From the NCBI GenBank assembly GCA_043801935.1, contig JAZDLO010000235.1:1-63860 (forward strand): a DNA stretch of 63,860 nt, read 5' to 3'. The translations under genes were made by a program, and so were the position numbers. Below the pieces are notes generated by a model, which was not told the origin of the DNA, searched no databases, and saw nothing but the letters and a program-made list of their open reading frames with translations. Positions 1-12,538 of this stretch are shown piece after piece (position 1 is the first letter of the stretch; each line of letters opens with the position of its first letter). The stretch is from a bacterium (lineage in GTDB: Bacteria > Actinomycetota > Thermoleophilia > RBG-16-64-13).

Positions 1-2
1 CG

Positions 3-341
3 CATCCGCGAGTGGCCGGGCAGATCAAGCGGCGCATTGCAGAGGCTGCCCCGGGAGCGGTGATAGTGTGCGAGGTGCCGCTGCTGTTCGAATCCCGTTG
101 CGAGGTGTTGTTCGATCTCATCGTCACAGTGGAAGCGGGTCGGGAGAACCGTCGGCGGCGATCGGTCCACCGCTTCGACTTATCGATGTTCTCGGAACTC
201 GAGGAGTTGCAAGCTTCGAGCGAACAGAGGGTGGCGGGCAGCGACCTGGCCTTCTTCAACGACGGTGAAGTCGAGCAACTGCGCGCGTTCGTACAGGGGG
301 CGCACGCGCGGGCGCTGGGAATGCTTCGGGGGGGCCGGTGA
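3..341 (+). CDS. coaE: Dephospho-CoA kinase, C-terminal part (5' truncated by window edge)
   Basis: Frame open from nt 3: HPRV...EVPLLFE...FDLIVTV...ND; directly upstream of a lytic transglycosylase, a common coaE-slt pairing. Confidence 0.85.
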   Translation, partial: HPRVAGQIKRRIAEAAPGAVIVCEVPLLFESRCEVLFDLIVTVEAGRENRRRRSVHRFDLSMFSELEELQASSEQRVAGSDLAFFNDGEVEQLRAFVQGAHARALGMLRGGR

Positions 342-963
342 GACGGTCACGGCGTAGTCGTAATCGGCGGTTGATGCGCTTGGTGATACCGGTGGTGGCG
401 GTCGTGGTCGGGATAGCGATAGCTGTGGTGTGGATCGCGGCCACAGGAGCAGTGGTGCCCGGAGTGTCGGCGAAGTTCCATCCTATCCACTACCCCGAAG
501 GGATCGCCCGGGTAGCGGAGCGATATGATCTCGACCCATATATGGTCGCGGCCGTGGTGCAGACGGAGAGCGGCTATGATCCCAGGGCTCTGTCTCCGGT
601 CGGGGCGGTAGGTCTGATGCAGCTCATGCCCGACACGGCCACCTGGATAACCGGCTTGGAGAGCTGGAGGGGGCGGGATGAGCCTGTCCTGACCGACCCT
701 GAGGACAATCTGGAATTGGGCGCCTGCTACCTGGCCTTTCTGCTGAAGCGCTTCGGTGGCGACACCCGGCCGGCGTTGGCCGCATACAACGCCGGACAGG
801 GCACGGTCATCGTTTGGGTGGAGGCGGCTGGGGGTGGGGACTCCTTCAGCCTAGCCGATATCCGCTTCCCCGAGACGCGGAGTTTCGTCGAGCGGGTGGA
901 GCACTATTGGGAGCTCTACGGCCGTATCCATCCCCATGTGTTCGCCGATGTCGTGACGGAGAC

Positions 964-967
<4 letters not shown>
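338..967 (+). CDS. Soluble lytic transglycosylase (SLT domain) with N-terminal membrane anchor
   Basis: ES catalytic motif (VQTESG), GLMQ, AAYNAG, ETRxFV; N-terminal hydrophobic helix; GTGA overlap with coaE. Confidence 0.9.
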
Positions 968-3075
<2,108 letters not shown>

Positions 3076-3123
3076 GGTCGGCGGGAGAGCCCGTCAGCTT
3101 CACATCCTCGAGGTTCCTGGGAA

Positions 3124-3156
3124 GCTTGAGCAGCAGATGCTTAAGCGTTCATTTCT
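3124..3156 (+). terminator. Possible intrinsic terminator after uvrB
   Basis: Stem GCTTGAGCA/TGCTTAAGC, 5-nt loop, then GTTCATTTCT. Confidence 0.4.
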
Positions 3157-3357
3157 CCGGCCTGGGCGTGCTTTCTTCTGGGGCCTGCCGGCATTCTGTA
3201 CCGACGATCACACCGGGTGCCATTTGGCTCAGAGGGGACAGGCTGGAATAATGGACACAAAAGGACATCACCCGGGTAGGGACATAGTCAACGACCTCAG
3301 GCGAACGGCGGCCCGATGCCCCGTCGGCCCGCGCGCCGATAGACCAGAGGAAAGTGG

Positions 3358-5997
3358 ATGACACGCAAATACGATCCTGAGCTGATCGAAACGAGATGGC
3401 AGAAGGTCTGGGAAAAAGAAGAGACCTTCATCATCCCCAACCCGCCCAGCGGGTCCACTCCCACAAACGGGGGCGGAGGCAAGGGCCGGGACGCCACCTA
3501 TGTCCTGGAGATGTTCCCCTATCCATCGGGCAGCGCGCACATGGGGCATGTCAAGAACTACACCATGGGTGATGTCATCGCCCGCTACCGCCGCCACCTG
3601 GGACAGCGCGTGCTCCACCCGATGGGGTACGACGCTTTCGGCCTGAACTCCGAGAACATGGCCATCAGGACGGGCGAGCCCCCGGGACGCTTCACCGAGA
3701 GGGCCATCACCACCATCGACCGGCAGCTGCGCCGGCTGGGAGTGTCGATAGATTGGAGCCGGGAGATCGCCACCTGCCGGCCCGAGTACTACAAGTGGAC
3801 TCAATGGCTCTTCCTCCAGCTGTACAAGAAGGGTCTGGCTTACAAGAAGGAGGCTCCGGTCAACTGGTGCTCTTCCTGCCAGACGGTGCTGGCCAACGAG
3901 CAGGTGATCGAGGGAGCGTGCGAGCGCTGCGACAGCTTGGTGGAGGCCAAGAAACTCACGCAGTGGTTCTTCCGCATCACCGACTACGCCGAACGGCTAC
4001 TGCGGGACTTCGACAAACTGGAGTCTTGGCCGGAGCGGGTGCTGACGATGCAGCGCAACTGGATCGGCAAGTCGCAGGGGGCCGACGTGATCTTCACCAT
4101 CGCCCCGGTCGAGGCAGGTGAGCCCGAGCCGGGGTTCGCCGGCGGCGCCGGCGCGGCCGCGAGCGGCCCCTCGCCCGAGGCCGGCAAAGCGGAGGCCGAA
4201 ATAAGGGTGTTCACCACCAGACCCGATACCTTGTTCGGAGCGACCTTCTTCATCCTCGCGCCCGAGCACGCTCTGGTGGATGACTTGGTGCGTGGTCTGC
4301 CGCAAGAGCGGGAGGTCAAGCGGTATGTGGCCAAGGCTATGACTACCTCCACCATCGAGCGGGCCAGCATCGAAAAAGAAAAGACCGGCGTCTTCACCGG
4401 CCGCCACGCGATCAATCCCGTCACGGGTGGAAAGATCCCCGTGTACGTGGCCGACTACGTGCTCATGGACTATGGTACCGGCGCCATCATGGCGGTGCCG
4501 GGTCACGACGAGCGTGACTTCGCTTTCGCAAAGAAGTATGGGCTCGAGGTGATCGAGGTCATCTCCAGTCCGACGGAGCTCAAGGACGCACAGGGCGAGC
4601 TCCTGCAGGCCTACAGCGGTGACGGCCTGCTGGTGAACAGCGGTGCCTTCGACGGTCTGGCCAAGGCCGAAGGGATCGTCAAGATCACCGAGTGGCTCAA
4701 AGAGCAGCGTAAGGCCGATTTCGCCGTCAACTACAAGCTACGTGATTGGCTGGTGTCGCGCCAACGCTACTGGGGCGCTCCTATCCCTATCGTGTATTGC
4801 GATTCCTGCGGCGAGGTGCCGGTGCCCGAGGACCGGTTGCCGGTCCTGCTGCCGGATATCACGGACTACGCGCCGAAGGGTAGGTCGCCCCTGGCCGCGG
4901 CCGAGCACTGGGTGGGCACTGACTGCCCCGCCTGTGGCGGCCCGGCCAAGCGGGAGACGGACACCATGGACACGTTCGTCGATTCCTCCTGGTATTTCCT
5001 GCGCTACGCCTCGCCCTGGCGGGAGGACGTGGCCTTCGACCGGCAAGCGGTGGACTACTGGCTCCCGGTGGATCAGTACATCGGCGGGGTGGAACACGCC
5101 ATCTTGCACCTCATGTACTCGCGCTTCTTCACCAAGGTTCTCTACGACTTGGGCCTGGTCGGTTTCGAGGAGCCGTTCAAGAACTTGTTCACCCAGGGGA
5201 TGATCTACTACAAGGGCGCCAAGATGTCCAAGAGCAAGGGCAATGTGGTCGACCCCGACGACTACGTGGCCAAATACGGCGCCGACTCGTTGCGTTGCTA
5301 CATCCTTTTCATGGGCCCGGGGGAGAGCGACGGCGAGTGGAACGACCAGGGGATCGAAGGCATCTATCGCTTCCTGGGCCGCGTATGGCGGCAGGTCACG
5401 GAGGCAGTGGAGGAGGGCCTGTTGGGTGGCGGGCTCGTGGGCAAGCCTGCGAAGCAGCGGGTATGGTCGTTCGACGAGTCTGCCCTTTCCCCGGCGGAGC
5501 GCGCCCTGCTGGTGAAGACCAACCGGGTGGTTCAGAAGGCCACCGCGGATATCGGAGTGCGCTTTCACTTCAACACGGCGCTGGCCGCCATAATGGAGCT
5601 CAACAACGAGATCGCTGCCGCTCGGGCGGCGGGCTTGGTGGGTACCGAGAGCGGGAACCGGGTCCTGGGCTTCGCGCTCGAGACCATGGTGAGGCTGCTG
5701 GAGCCTTTCGCCCCTCACCTGGGCGCCGAACTATGGGAGATGATGGGTCATCGGGCTATGTGGGACGCGCCCTGGCCCCGGGCCGACCCGCGCTTTTTGG
5801 CCGGGGAGACGGTCGAGCTGGCCGTTCAGATCAACGGTAAGGTGCGCGAACGGGTCGAGGTGGCCACAGACGCGGCTGCGCCGGATGTCCTGGCTGCCGC
5901 CAAAGCTCTCCCGGGTCTGGCCAAGTACCTGGAGGGGAAGACGGTGGTCAAAGAGGTAGTGGTTCCGGGTCGCTTGGTGAACCTCGTGGTGAAGTAG
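3358..5997 (+). CDS. leuS: Leucine--tRNA ligase
   Basis: MFPYPSG, HMGH, CP1 editing TTRPDT and GTGAIMAVPGHDERD, KMSKS. Confidence 0.98.
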   Translation: MTRKYDPELIETRWQKVWEKEETFIIPNPPSGSTPTNGGGGKGRDATYVLEMFPYPSGSAHMGHVKNYTMGDVIARYRRHLGQRVLHPMGYDAFGLNSENMAIRTGEPPGRFTERAITTIDRQLRRLGVSIDWSREIATCRPEYYKWTQWLFLQLYKKGLAYKKEAPVNWCSSCQTVLANEQVIEGACERCDSLVEAKKLTQWFFRITDYAERLLRDFDKLESWPERVLTMQRNWIGKSQGADVIFTIAPVEAGEPEPGFAGGAGAAASGPSPEAGKAEAEIRVFTTRPDTLFGATFFILAPEHALVDDLVRGLPQEREVKRYVAKAMTTSTIERASIEKEKTGVFTGRHAINPVTGGKIPVYVADYVLMDYGTGAIMAVPGHDERDFAFAKKYGLEVIEVISSPTELKDAQGELLQAYSGDGLLVNSGAFDGLAKAEGIVKITEWLKEQRKADFAVNYKLRDWLVSRQRYWGAPIPIVYCDSCGEVPVPEDRLPVLLPDITDYAPKGRSPLAAAEHWVGTDCPACGGPAKRETDTMDTFVDSSWYFLRYASPWREDVAFDRQAVDYWLPVDQYIGGVEHAILHLMYSRFFTKVLYDLGLVGFEEPFKNLFTQGMIYYKGAKMSKSKGNVVDPDDYVAKYGADSLRCYILFMGPGESDGEWNDQGIEGIYRFLGRVWRQVTEAVEEGLLGGGLVGKPAKQRVWSFDESALSPAERALLVKTNRVVQKATADIGVRFHFNTALAAIMELNNEIAAARAAGLVGTESGNRVLGFALETMVRLLEPFAPHLGAELWEMMGHRAMWDAPWPRADPRFLAGETVELAVQINGKVRERVEVATDAAAPDVLAAAKALPGLAKYLEGKTVVKEVVVPGRLVNLVVK

Positions 5998-6014
5998 AGG
6001 GTGCGGCAATCCCA

Positions 6015-6042
6015 GAAGGGGCGGCCTTGCGGCCGCCCCTTC
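6015..6042. terminator. Hairpin between convergent leuS and acs (probably bidirectional terminator)
   Basis: Perfect 12-bp inverted repeat GAAGGGGCGGCC-TTGC-GGCCGCCCCTTC. Confidence 0.7.
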
Positions 6043-6064
6043 GCGTGTCTCGATGTCGCAACTT

Positions 6065-8029
6065 CTACTGTTGCCGGTTGGCCACCAGGTTGTCCACCAC
6101 GTGGGGATCGGCCAACGTGGAGGTGTCGCCCAGGTCGCCGATCTCGTTGGCCGCGATCTTCTTGAGGATGCGGCGCATGATCTTACCGCTACGCGTCTTG
6201 GGTAGGCCGGGCGCCCACTGGATGGCATCCGGGGTGGCGATAGGACCGATCTCGGTGCGGACGTGCTTGACCAGTTCTTTCTTGAGCTCGTCCGTGGGTT
6301 CAACGCCGGCGTTGAGAGTCACGTACGCGTAGATGCCCTGACCCTTAATGGGGTGAGGCATGCCTACGACGGCGGCTTCGGCCACGGAGTCGTGGCTCAC
6401 CAGAGCCGACTCGACCTCGGCGGTGCCCATTCTGTGGCCCGAGACGTTGATAACGTCGTCTACCCGTCCGGTGATCCAATGGTAGCCGTCTTCGTCGCGG
6501 CGGCAGCCGTCACCGGTGAAGTACATGCCCGGGTACTGGACGAAGTAGGTCTCGTGGAAGCGTTTCGGATCGCCGTACACTCCCCGCATCATGCCCGGCC
6601 ACGGCCGCTTGATGCACAGGTTGCCCACGCCGGGGCCGGTGATCTGGTTGCCGTCCTCGTCGACGATGCACGGCTCCACCCCGAAGAAGGGGAGAGTGGC
6701 CGAACCCGGTTTGATCTTCATCGCTCCGGGCAGCGGGGTGATGAGGATGCCGCCGGTCTCGGTCTGCCACCAAGTGTCGACGATGGGGCAGCGCCCGCCC
6801 CCGATGACGTCGTGGTACCACAGCCACACTTCGGGGTTGATGGGCTCGCCCACCGTCCCCAGCACCCGGAGCGAGGAGAGGTCGTGTTTCTTGACCCAAT
6901 CGTCGCCCTCGCGGGCGATGGCGCGCAGGGCGGTAGGGGCGGTATAGAAGACATTGACCTTGTACTTCTCGACCACCGACCAGAACCGGTCGGGGCTGGG
7001 GTAGCTGGGGACACCCTCGAACAGGATGCCCGTAGCCCCGTTGGCCAACGGGCCGTACACGATATAGGTATGGCCCGTCACCCAGCCGATGTCGGCCGTG
7101 CACCAGTAGACGTGCTCGGGACGGTAGTCGAAGATCAACTCATGGGTCATGCTGGCGAAGAGGAGGTAGCCCCCGGTGGTATGCATGACGCCTTTGGGCT
7201 TGCCCGTGGAACCGGACGTATAAAGGATGAAGAGCGGATCTTCGGCATCCACCTCTTCGCAGGGGCAATCGGTGGTGATATCGGAAGCGGCCAGCTCCTC
7301 GTGATACCAACTGTCGCGGCCGTCGACCCAGTTGATGCTCTCGGCGCCCGTGTGCTTGACGACGATACACGACTTGACGGCCGGGCTCTCGAGGAGGGCC
7401 GCGTCGGCCGCGGATTTGAGCGGTATCTGCTTGCCACCACGCAGGCCGGTGTCGGCAGTGATCATCAGGGTCGCGCCGGCGTCCACCGCGCGGTCGCGGA
7501 GCGAGTCGGAGGAGAAACCGCCGAACACCACGCAATGGATGGCGCCGATGCGCGCGCACGCCAGCATCGCCACGGGCAGCTCGGGGATCATGGGTAGATA
7601 GATGACGACCCGGTCACCCTTCTTGATGCCCTTCTTCTTGAGGACGTTGGCGAACTTGGTGACCTCCTCCCACAGCTGCCGATAGGTGATGGTGCGGGTC
7701 GAATCCGGGGAATCGCCCTCGAAGTAGTAGGCGACCTTGTCGGCCACCGGCGTATCCAGATAGCGGTCGAGACAGTTGTAGGCGACGTTGAGCTTCCCGC
7801 CCTCGAACCAGCGGATCTTGGCATCCGCGAAGCTGTGGTTCTGAACATAGTCCCATTTCTTGAACCAGTGCAGCCTCTTTTCGGCTTCCTCGGCCCAGAA
7901 GGAGTCGGAGTCGTCGAGAGAGCGCCTATACATCGCCTCGTATTGCTCCATGCTCGAGATCCATGCCGTTTTCCGGAACTCGGCGGGTACCTCGAAGATC
8001 TTCTCGTCCAGGGATTCGTTCGCCACCAT
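6065..8029 (-). CDS. acs: Acetyl-CoA synthetase (AMP-forming)
   Basis: [44 protein letters not shown]; GGAGG RBS. Confidence 0.97.
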   Translation of the reverse strand: MVANESLDEKIFEVPAEFRKTAWISSMEQYEAMYRRSLDDSDSFWAEEAEKRLHWFKKWDYVQNHSFADAKIRWFEGGKLNVAYNCLDRYLDTPVADKVAYYFEGDSPDSTRTITYRQLWEEVTKFANVLKKKGIKKGDRVVIYLPMIPELPVAMLACARIGAIHCVVFGGFSSDSLRDRAVDAGATLMITADTGLRGGKQIPLKSAADAALLESPAVKSCIVVKHTGAESINWVDGRDSWYHEELAASDITTDCPCEEVDAEDPLFILYTSGSTGKPKGVMHTTGGYLLFASMTHELIFDYRPEHVYWCTADIGWVTGHTYIVYGPLANGATGILFEGVPSYPSPDRFWSVVEKYKVNVFYTAPTALRAIAREGDDWVKKHDLSSLRVLGTVGEPINPEVWLWYHDVIGGGRCPIVDTWWQTETGGILITPLPGAMKIKPGSATLPFFGVEPCIVDEDGNQITGPGVGNLCIKRPWPGMMRGVYGDPKRFHETYFVQYPGMYFTGDGCRRDEDGYHWITGRVDDVINVSGHRMGTAEVESALVSHDSVAEAAVVGMPHPIKGQGIYAYVTLNAGVEPTDELKKELVKHVRTEIGPIATPDAIQWAPGLPKTRSGKIMRRILKKIAANEIGDLGDTSTLADPHVVDNLVANRQQ

Positions 8030-8225
8030 TTCCTCCGCTTTTACCGTTTGAAGACGACAGCATTGCTTCCCCCGACGCCGCGACTCGGGGGTTCAACGCG
8101 TGTGAAACATTGAACATAGAATAACACAGCGGTCCCTGGGCGCAGCCCGACTCAGTGTGAGAAAGTAGGGGCGACGGGCCTAGAAATGGCCCACCTTCTG
8201 CAGTCGGACGGCTCGAGGAGGACAG

Positions 8226-9629
8226 ATGTTCCTACAGGTCTGCGGAGCAGCACGCGAGGTCACAGGCTCGTGCTATGTGGTCGAGGTCGGCGCCAGCCGC
8301 TTTCTGGTTGACTGCGGAATGCACCAGGGAGGCGACAAGGAGGAAGCTCTCAACTTCGCTCCCTTTGTGTTCGATCCCCTGGAGTTGGATTTCATGGTGC
8401 TCACGCATGCTCATATCGACCACTCCGGAAGGATCCCGCGCTTGGTGAAGGAGGGCTTCCAGAAGCCCATCTATGCCACCGCGCCCACGAGCGACCTGGC
8501 CGAGATCATGTTGCTCGACTCCGCGTACATCCAGGAAACTGAGGCGGATTGGCGCACCCGCAAGGCCCGCCGGGCCGGGCGGCGAGTGGTCGAGCCGCTG
8601 TATACGCAGGACGATGCTCGCAAAGCGATCGGGCTGCTGGAACCCGTCGGATACAGGGTGCCCAAAGAGCTGGCTCCTGGTGTGACCGCAGTGTTTCACG
8701 ACGCCGGGCATATTCTGGGGTCGGCTTTCTTGGAACTCCGGCTACAGGAGCAGGGGGAGAAGGTCAAGGTGCTCTTCAGTGGTGACGTGGGCCAGCCCGA
8801 CCAACCGATCGTGCGCGATCCGGAGATCATCGAGCAGACCGACTACCTGACCATGGAGTCCACCTACGGTGACCGCCAGCACATTCGCAACGGACAACCG
8901 GTGGACGAGTTGGCGGCCATCCTCGAAGATGCTCAGCGTTCTGGGGGAAATGTGATCATTCCCGCCTTCGCCGTGGGCCGCACGCAGGAACTGCTCTACT
9001 TCCTGCGCGAGATCTTCGACAAGCGTCAACTGAACATGGAAGTCTATGTAGATAGCCCGTTGGCCTCCAGGGCCACCGAGGTCTTCCGCCGCCACAGGGA
9101 GGCATTCGACGACGAGGCCTGGAAGCTGGTGGGCGAGCCGGGCGGCATCTTCGACTTTCCTCGGCTTCACTACACTGCCAGTGCGGACGAGTCCCGAGCG
9201 CTGAACGGAAAGAAGGGGATCGTGATCATCTCGGCGAGCGGCATGGCGGATGCCGGCCGGGTCCGTCACCACCTGAAGCACAACTTGTGGCGTCCCGAAG
9301 CCCACGTGGTGATCGTCGGCTTCCAGGCTCAAAACACCCTGGGCCGTCGCCTACTTGACGGCGAGAAGCGGGTGCGGATCTTCGGAGAAGAGATCGCGGT
9401 CAAGGCTCACATCGACGAGATCACCGGACTTTCGGCGCATGCCGACCAAGGACAGCTTCTCGCCTGGGCCTCTCACTTCGTGCCGCCACGGCTCACAATC
9501 CTCACCCACGGCGAATTGAACGCCGCCATGACCTTGGAGAAGCTTCTCGAGGATAAGTTGCGCTTCCGCGTCGTGGTGGCGGAGAAGAACGAGACCTTCG
9601 ACTTGGAGGAGGCCCCCGGTGACCTCTGA
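8226..9629 (+). CDS. MBL-fold beta-CASP ribonuclease (YSH1/Ttha0252-like)
   Basis: GAAREVTGS, THAHIDH, AGHILGS, FSGD, MESTYG, PAFAVGRTQE, SASGM, SAHAD; GAGGAGG RBS. Confidence 0.92.
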   Translation: MFLQVCGAAREVTGSCYVVEVGASRFLVDCGMHQGGDKEEALNFAPFVFDPLELDFMVLTHAHIDHSGRIPRLVKEGFQKPIYATAPTSDLAEIMLLDSAYIQETEADWRTRKARRAGRRVVEPLYTQDDARKAIGLLEPVGYRVPKELAPGVTAVFHDAGHILGSAFLELRLQEQGEKVKVLFSGDVGQPDQPIVRDPEIIEQTDYLTMESTYGDRQHIRNGQPVDELAAILEDAQRSGGNVIIPAFAVGRTQELLYFLREIFDKRQLNMEVYVDSPLASRATEVFRRHREAFDDEAWKLVGEPGGIFDFPRLHYTASADESRALNGKKGIVIISASGMADAGRVRHHLKHNLWRPEAHVVIVGFQAQNTLGRRLLDGEKRVRIFGEEIAVKAHIDEITGLSAHADQGQLLAWASHFVPPRLTILTHGELNAAMTLEKLLEDKLRFRVVVAEKNETFDLEEAPGDL

Positions 9630-10371
9630 CCCCGTGTGCGACGCTACGCTGTCGGAACGCGAAGCGGTCGCAGCTTCCTTCTACAACGGGCGCATCTATC
9701 TTTTTTGCTCGGAGGAGCACCGCCATCTCTTCGATGCCGATCCTGAGCGGTATGCCAAGAACGTCAAGGCTATGGCTCTCAAGGTGGGCGTCATGGGAGC
9801 GGCCTCAGGGAACTTTACGCCCGAGGTGCGCGCGGCCTCGCTCGAGTTGGGGCGAGTCGTGGCGGCGCGCGGGATGGTCCTGATCAGTGGGGCGGCGCCG
9901 GGCTTGCCTCTTGAGAGCGCTCGTGGGGCACAGACTGCCGGGGGCCTATCGATCGGGATATCTCCGGCTCTGAGTCTCGATGAGCACCTCCACGTCTACC
10001 ACTCGCCGGTGGAGGGGTTCGACGTGCTGATCTATACGGGCAGCGGCCTGATGGGCCGGGAGATCGTCAATATCCGCTCCAGCGACATAGTCATCATAGT
10101 GAACGGGCACTCCGGGACCCTGGGCGAGTTTGCCATAGCCTACGACGAGGGTAAGTTGATCGGGGTGCTCCAGGGCAGTGGAGGCATCGCCGACATCGTC
10201 CCGGATCTGGTCGAAACCATCGACAAGGAGACTGGTGCGTCGATCATCTACGACCCCGACCCCGAGCGCTTGATCGATCGAGTCGTGGATCACTACGTGA
10301 ACGTCCACTACCAGCGCCCGTCGGTGTTCATGCGTGAGGGGCGGGAGGGCGGCACGCGGGTGGTCGGTTGA
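9619..10371 (+). CDS. YHS/TRASH domain fused to LOG/SLOG-family (TIGR00725-like) nucleotide-processing domain
   Basis: N-terminal DPVC...Y.FCS...F..DP.RY; C-terminal Rossmann-like domain with GxxGTLGE; overlaps the RNase stop, GGAGG RBS. Confidence 0.8.
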   Translation: MTSDPVCDATLSEREAVAASFYNGRIYLFCSEEHRHLFDADPERYAKNVKAMALKVGVMGAASGNFTPEVRAASLELGRVVAARGMVLISGAAPGLPLESARGAQTAGGLSIGISPALSLDEHLHVYHSPVEGFDVLIYTGSGLMGREIVNIRSSDIVIIVNGHSGTLGEFAIAYDEGKLIGVLQGSGGIADIVPDLVETIDKETGASIIYDPDPERLIDRVVDHYVNVHYQRPSVFMREGREGGTRVVG

Positions 10372-10409
10372 GACCCGCGCCGGCATAGCGCCAACGCGGG
10401 GAGGACCTC

Positions 10410-11408
10410 ATGCGGGCGATGCTTCTTGAATCAGCCGGGCGGCCATTGCGGGTGGCGCGGGTGCGGGCACCCGCGCCCGGGCCGGGACAACTGCGGGTCA
10501 AGGTTCACGGGTGCGGCATCTGCCGGACCGACCTGCACGTGCTGGACGGCGAACTGCGGCATCCCAAACTGCCGCTCATCCCCGGTCATCAGATCGTGGG
10601 CACGGTCGACGCCCTGGGCGAAGGCGTGACCGCCCCCGCCGCGGGGGAACGGGTGGGCATACCCTGGCTGGGCTGGACCTGCGGCCGCTGTCGCTACTGC
10701 CTGAGCGGCCGGGAGAACCTATGCGACCAAGCGAAGTTCACAGGCTACGACGTCGACGGCGGCTTCGCCGAGCACGCCGTGGCCGATCATCGCTTCGCTT
10801 TCCCCCTACCGTCCGGTTACCCCTCGGCTCAGGCTGCGCCTCTGCTCTGCGCCGGTCTCATCGGTTATCGTGCGCTGGGGATGACCGGCGATGCCGAGCG
10901 CCTCGGCATCTATGGCTACGGGGCGGCGGCGCACATCATAACCCAAGTCGCTCGACACCAGGCTCGCAGGGTGTTCGCTTTCACCCGTCCCGGCGATGCC
11001 TCCTCCCAGGAGTTCGCCCGGGAGATGGGAGCCGAGTGGGCGGGCGATACAGCCCAGGCTGCCCCCGAGGAACTCGACGCCGCCATCATCTTCGCGCCCG
11101 CCGGGGAATTGGTGCCGGTAGCTCTGCGGGCGGTGGCCAAGGGTGGGGTCGTGGTGTGCGCGGGTATCTACATGACCGACATCCCCTCGTTCGCGTACGA
11201 GATCCTGTGGGGAGAGCGGATGGTCCGGTCGGTGGCCAATCTGACCCGGCTGGACGGGAAGGAATTCCTGGCCCTTGCTCCTGAGGTCCCGGTGCGCACC
11301 GAGGTGGAGCTGTTTCCGCTCGAGGAAGCGAACGAGGCTCTCGAGCGCTTGCGCCGGGGAGCGATACGAGGGGCGGCCGTACTCGTGGTGGACGCCGAAG
11401 CTGAATGA
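10410..11408 (+). CDS. Zinc-dependent alcohol dehydrogenase family protein
   Basis: CGICRTDLH, GHQIVG, structural Zn CGRCRYC...C, PLLCAG, GYGAAA. Confidence 0.92.
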   Translation: MRAMLLESAGRPLRVARVRAPAPGPGQLRVKVHGCGICRTDLHVLDGELRHPKLPLIPGHQIVGTVDALGEGVTAPAAGERVGIPWLGWTCGRCRYCLSGRENLCDQAKFTGYDVDGGFAEHAVADHRFAFPLPSGYPSAQAAPLLCAGLIGYRALGMTGDAERLGIYGYGAAAHIITQVARHQARRVFAFTRPGDASSQEFAREMGAEWAGDTAQAAPEELDAAIIFAPAGELVPVALRAVAKGGVVVCAGIYMTDIPSFAYEILWGERMVRSVANLTRLDGKEFLALAPEVPVRTEVELFPLEEANEALERLRRGAIRGAAVLVVDAEAE

Positions 11409-11456
11409 GAGTGTGTGCGCGGGCGTACCGGCCCGCGCGACGAAAGGGGTGAGAAC

Positions 11457-12536
11457 GTGCCGGTCCGTGCTCTGGTCTCGTACTCGATAGACCGGGTGGA
11501 AGTGCTTAACCCGGAAGGCGCAGTCGACGAAGCGCTCATGCCCGCTCTTGCCCCGGAAGACATCCGGCGTCTGTACGAACACATGGTGCTCACCCGGCAG
11601 TTCGACGAGCGCATGTTCAAGCTACAGCGCCAAGGAAGACTGGGCACGTTCGCCCGAGTGGCCGGCCAGGAGGGGGCTCAGGTGGGAGCCGCATTCGCGC
11701 TCCGGTCCGACGATTGGCTTGTCCCAGCTTTTCGGGAGACGGGGGCGCTCCTGCTGCGCGGCCTACCTCTGGAGCAGATCCTCCAGTTCTGGAGTGGAGA
11801 TGAACGAGGCGCCGCCTTCCCCCGGGAACTGCGGACGCTCCCCATATCCATTCCCGTGGGCACCCACTTGTTGCACGCCGTGGGTATCGCCTGGGCGATG
11901 AAGCAGGCCGGTGAGAAAGTAGCCGCGCTCACGTTCTTCGGGGAGGGTGCTACTTCGGAGGGCGACTTCAGCGAGGCCATGAACATGGCCGGTGTCTTTC
12001 AGGTGCCGGTGGTGTTCTTCTGCCAGAACAACCAGTACGCCATCTCCGTTCCGTACACCAAGCAGACCGCTTCCTGCACTGTGGCGCAGAAAGCCCTCGC
12101 CTACGGGATGTTCGGAGTGCAGGTCGACGGCAACGATGTGTTCGCGGTCTATCGCGTGACTGCCGAAGCCCTGGATCGCGCCCGGGCTGGTCTGGGACCC
12201 ACGCTCGTCGAGGCGCATACCTATCGGGTGGCCGACCACACTACCTCTGACGATGCCCGCCGCTATCGCTCGGAGGAGGAAGTGGAGGAGTGGAAACAAC
12301 GGGATCCGATCGAGCGCTTGGCCCGATATATGCAGGCAGCCGGACTCTTGGACGACGCAGCCGCGGCGAACGCGGTCGCCCAGGCCGATCAGAGGGTGGC
12401 CGAGGCCGTCGCCGCCTTCGAGGCCATTCCTCCCCCGGGACCGGAGGAGATCTTCGAGCACGTCTACGCAGAAATGACCCCGCAACTGGTCGAGCAGCAG
12501 GCGGAGTTGATGGCCCGCCTGGCGAGGAGGCGGTGA
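11457..12536 (+). CDS. pdhA: Pyruvate/branched-chain 2-oxoacid dehydrogenase E1 alpha
   Basis: LQRQGR, GQEGAQ, ThDP motif GEGATSEGD...QNNQYAIS, YRxxxHTTSDD; GTG 11457 after AAGGGG; substrate uncertain (GEG variant also occurs in BCKDH). Confidence 0.85.
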   Translation: MPVRALVSYSIDRVEVLNPEGAVDEALMPALAPEDIRRLYEHMVLTRQFDERMFKLQRQGRLGTFARVAGQEGAQVGAAFALRSDDWLVPAFRETGALLLRGLPLEQILQFWSGDERGAAFPRELRTLPISIPVGTHLLHAVGIAWAMKQAGEKVAALTFFGEGATSEGDFSEAMNMAGVFQVPVVFFCQNNQYAISVPYTKQTASCTVAQKALAYGMFGVQVDGNDVFAVYRVTAEALDRARAGLGPTLVEAHTYRVADHTTSDDARRYRSEEEVEEWKQRDPIERLARYMQAAGLLDDAAAANAVAQADQRVAEAVAAFEAIPPPGPEEIFEHVYAEMTPQLVEQQAELMARLARRR

Positions 12537-12538
12537 CC

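Noticed and set aside
3076-3357. T-box riboswitch upstream of leuS
   Set aside because: No GGTGGnACCGCG T-box or specifier stem I recognisable in the 280-nt spacer.
8101-8118. CRP/Rex-like site TGTGAAACATTGAACA near the acs promoter
   Set aside because: The second half-site is poor and could be chance.
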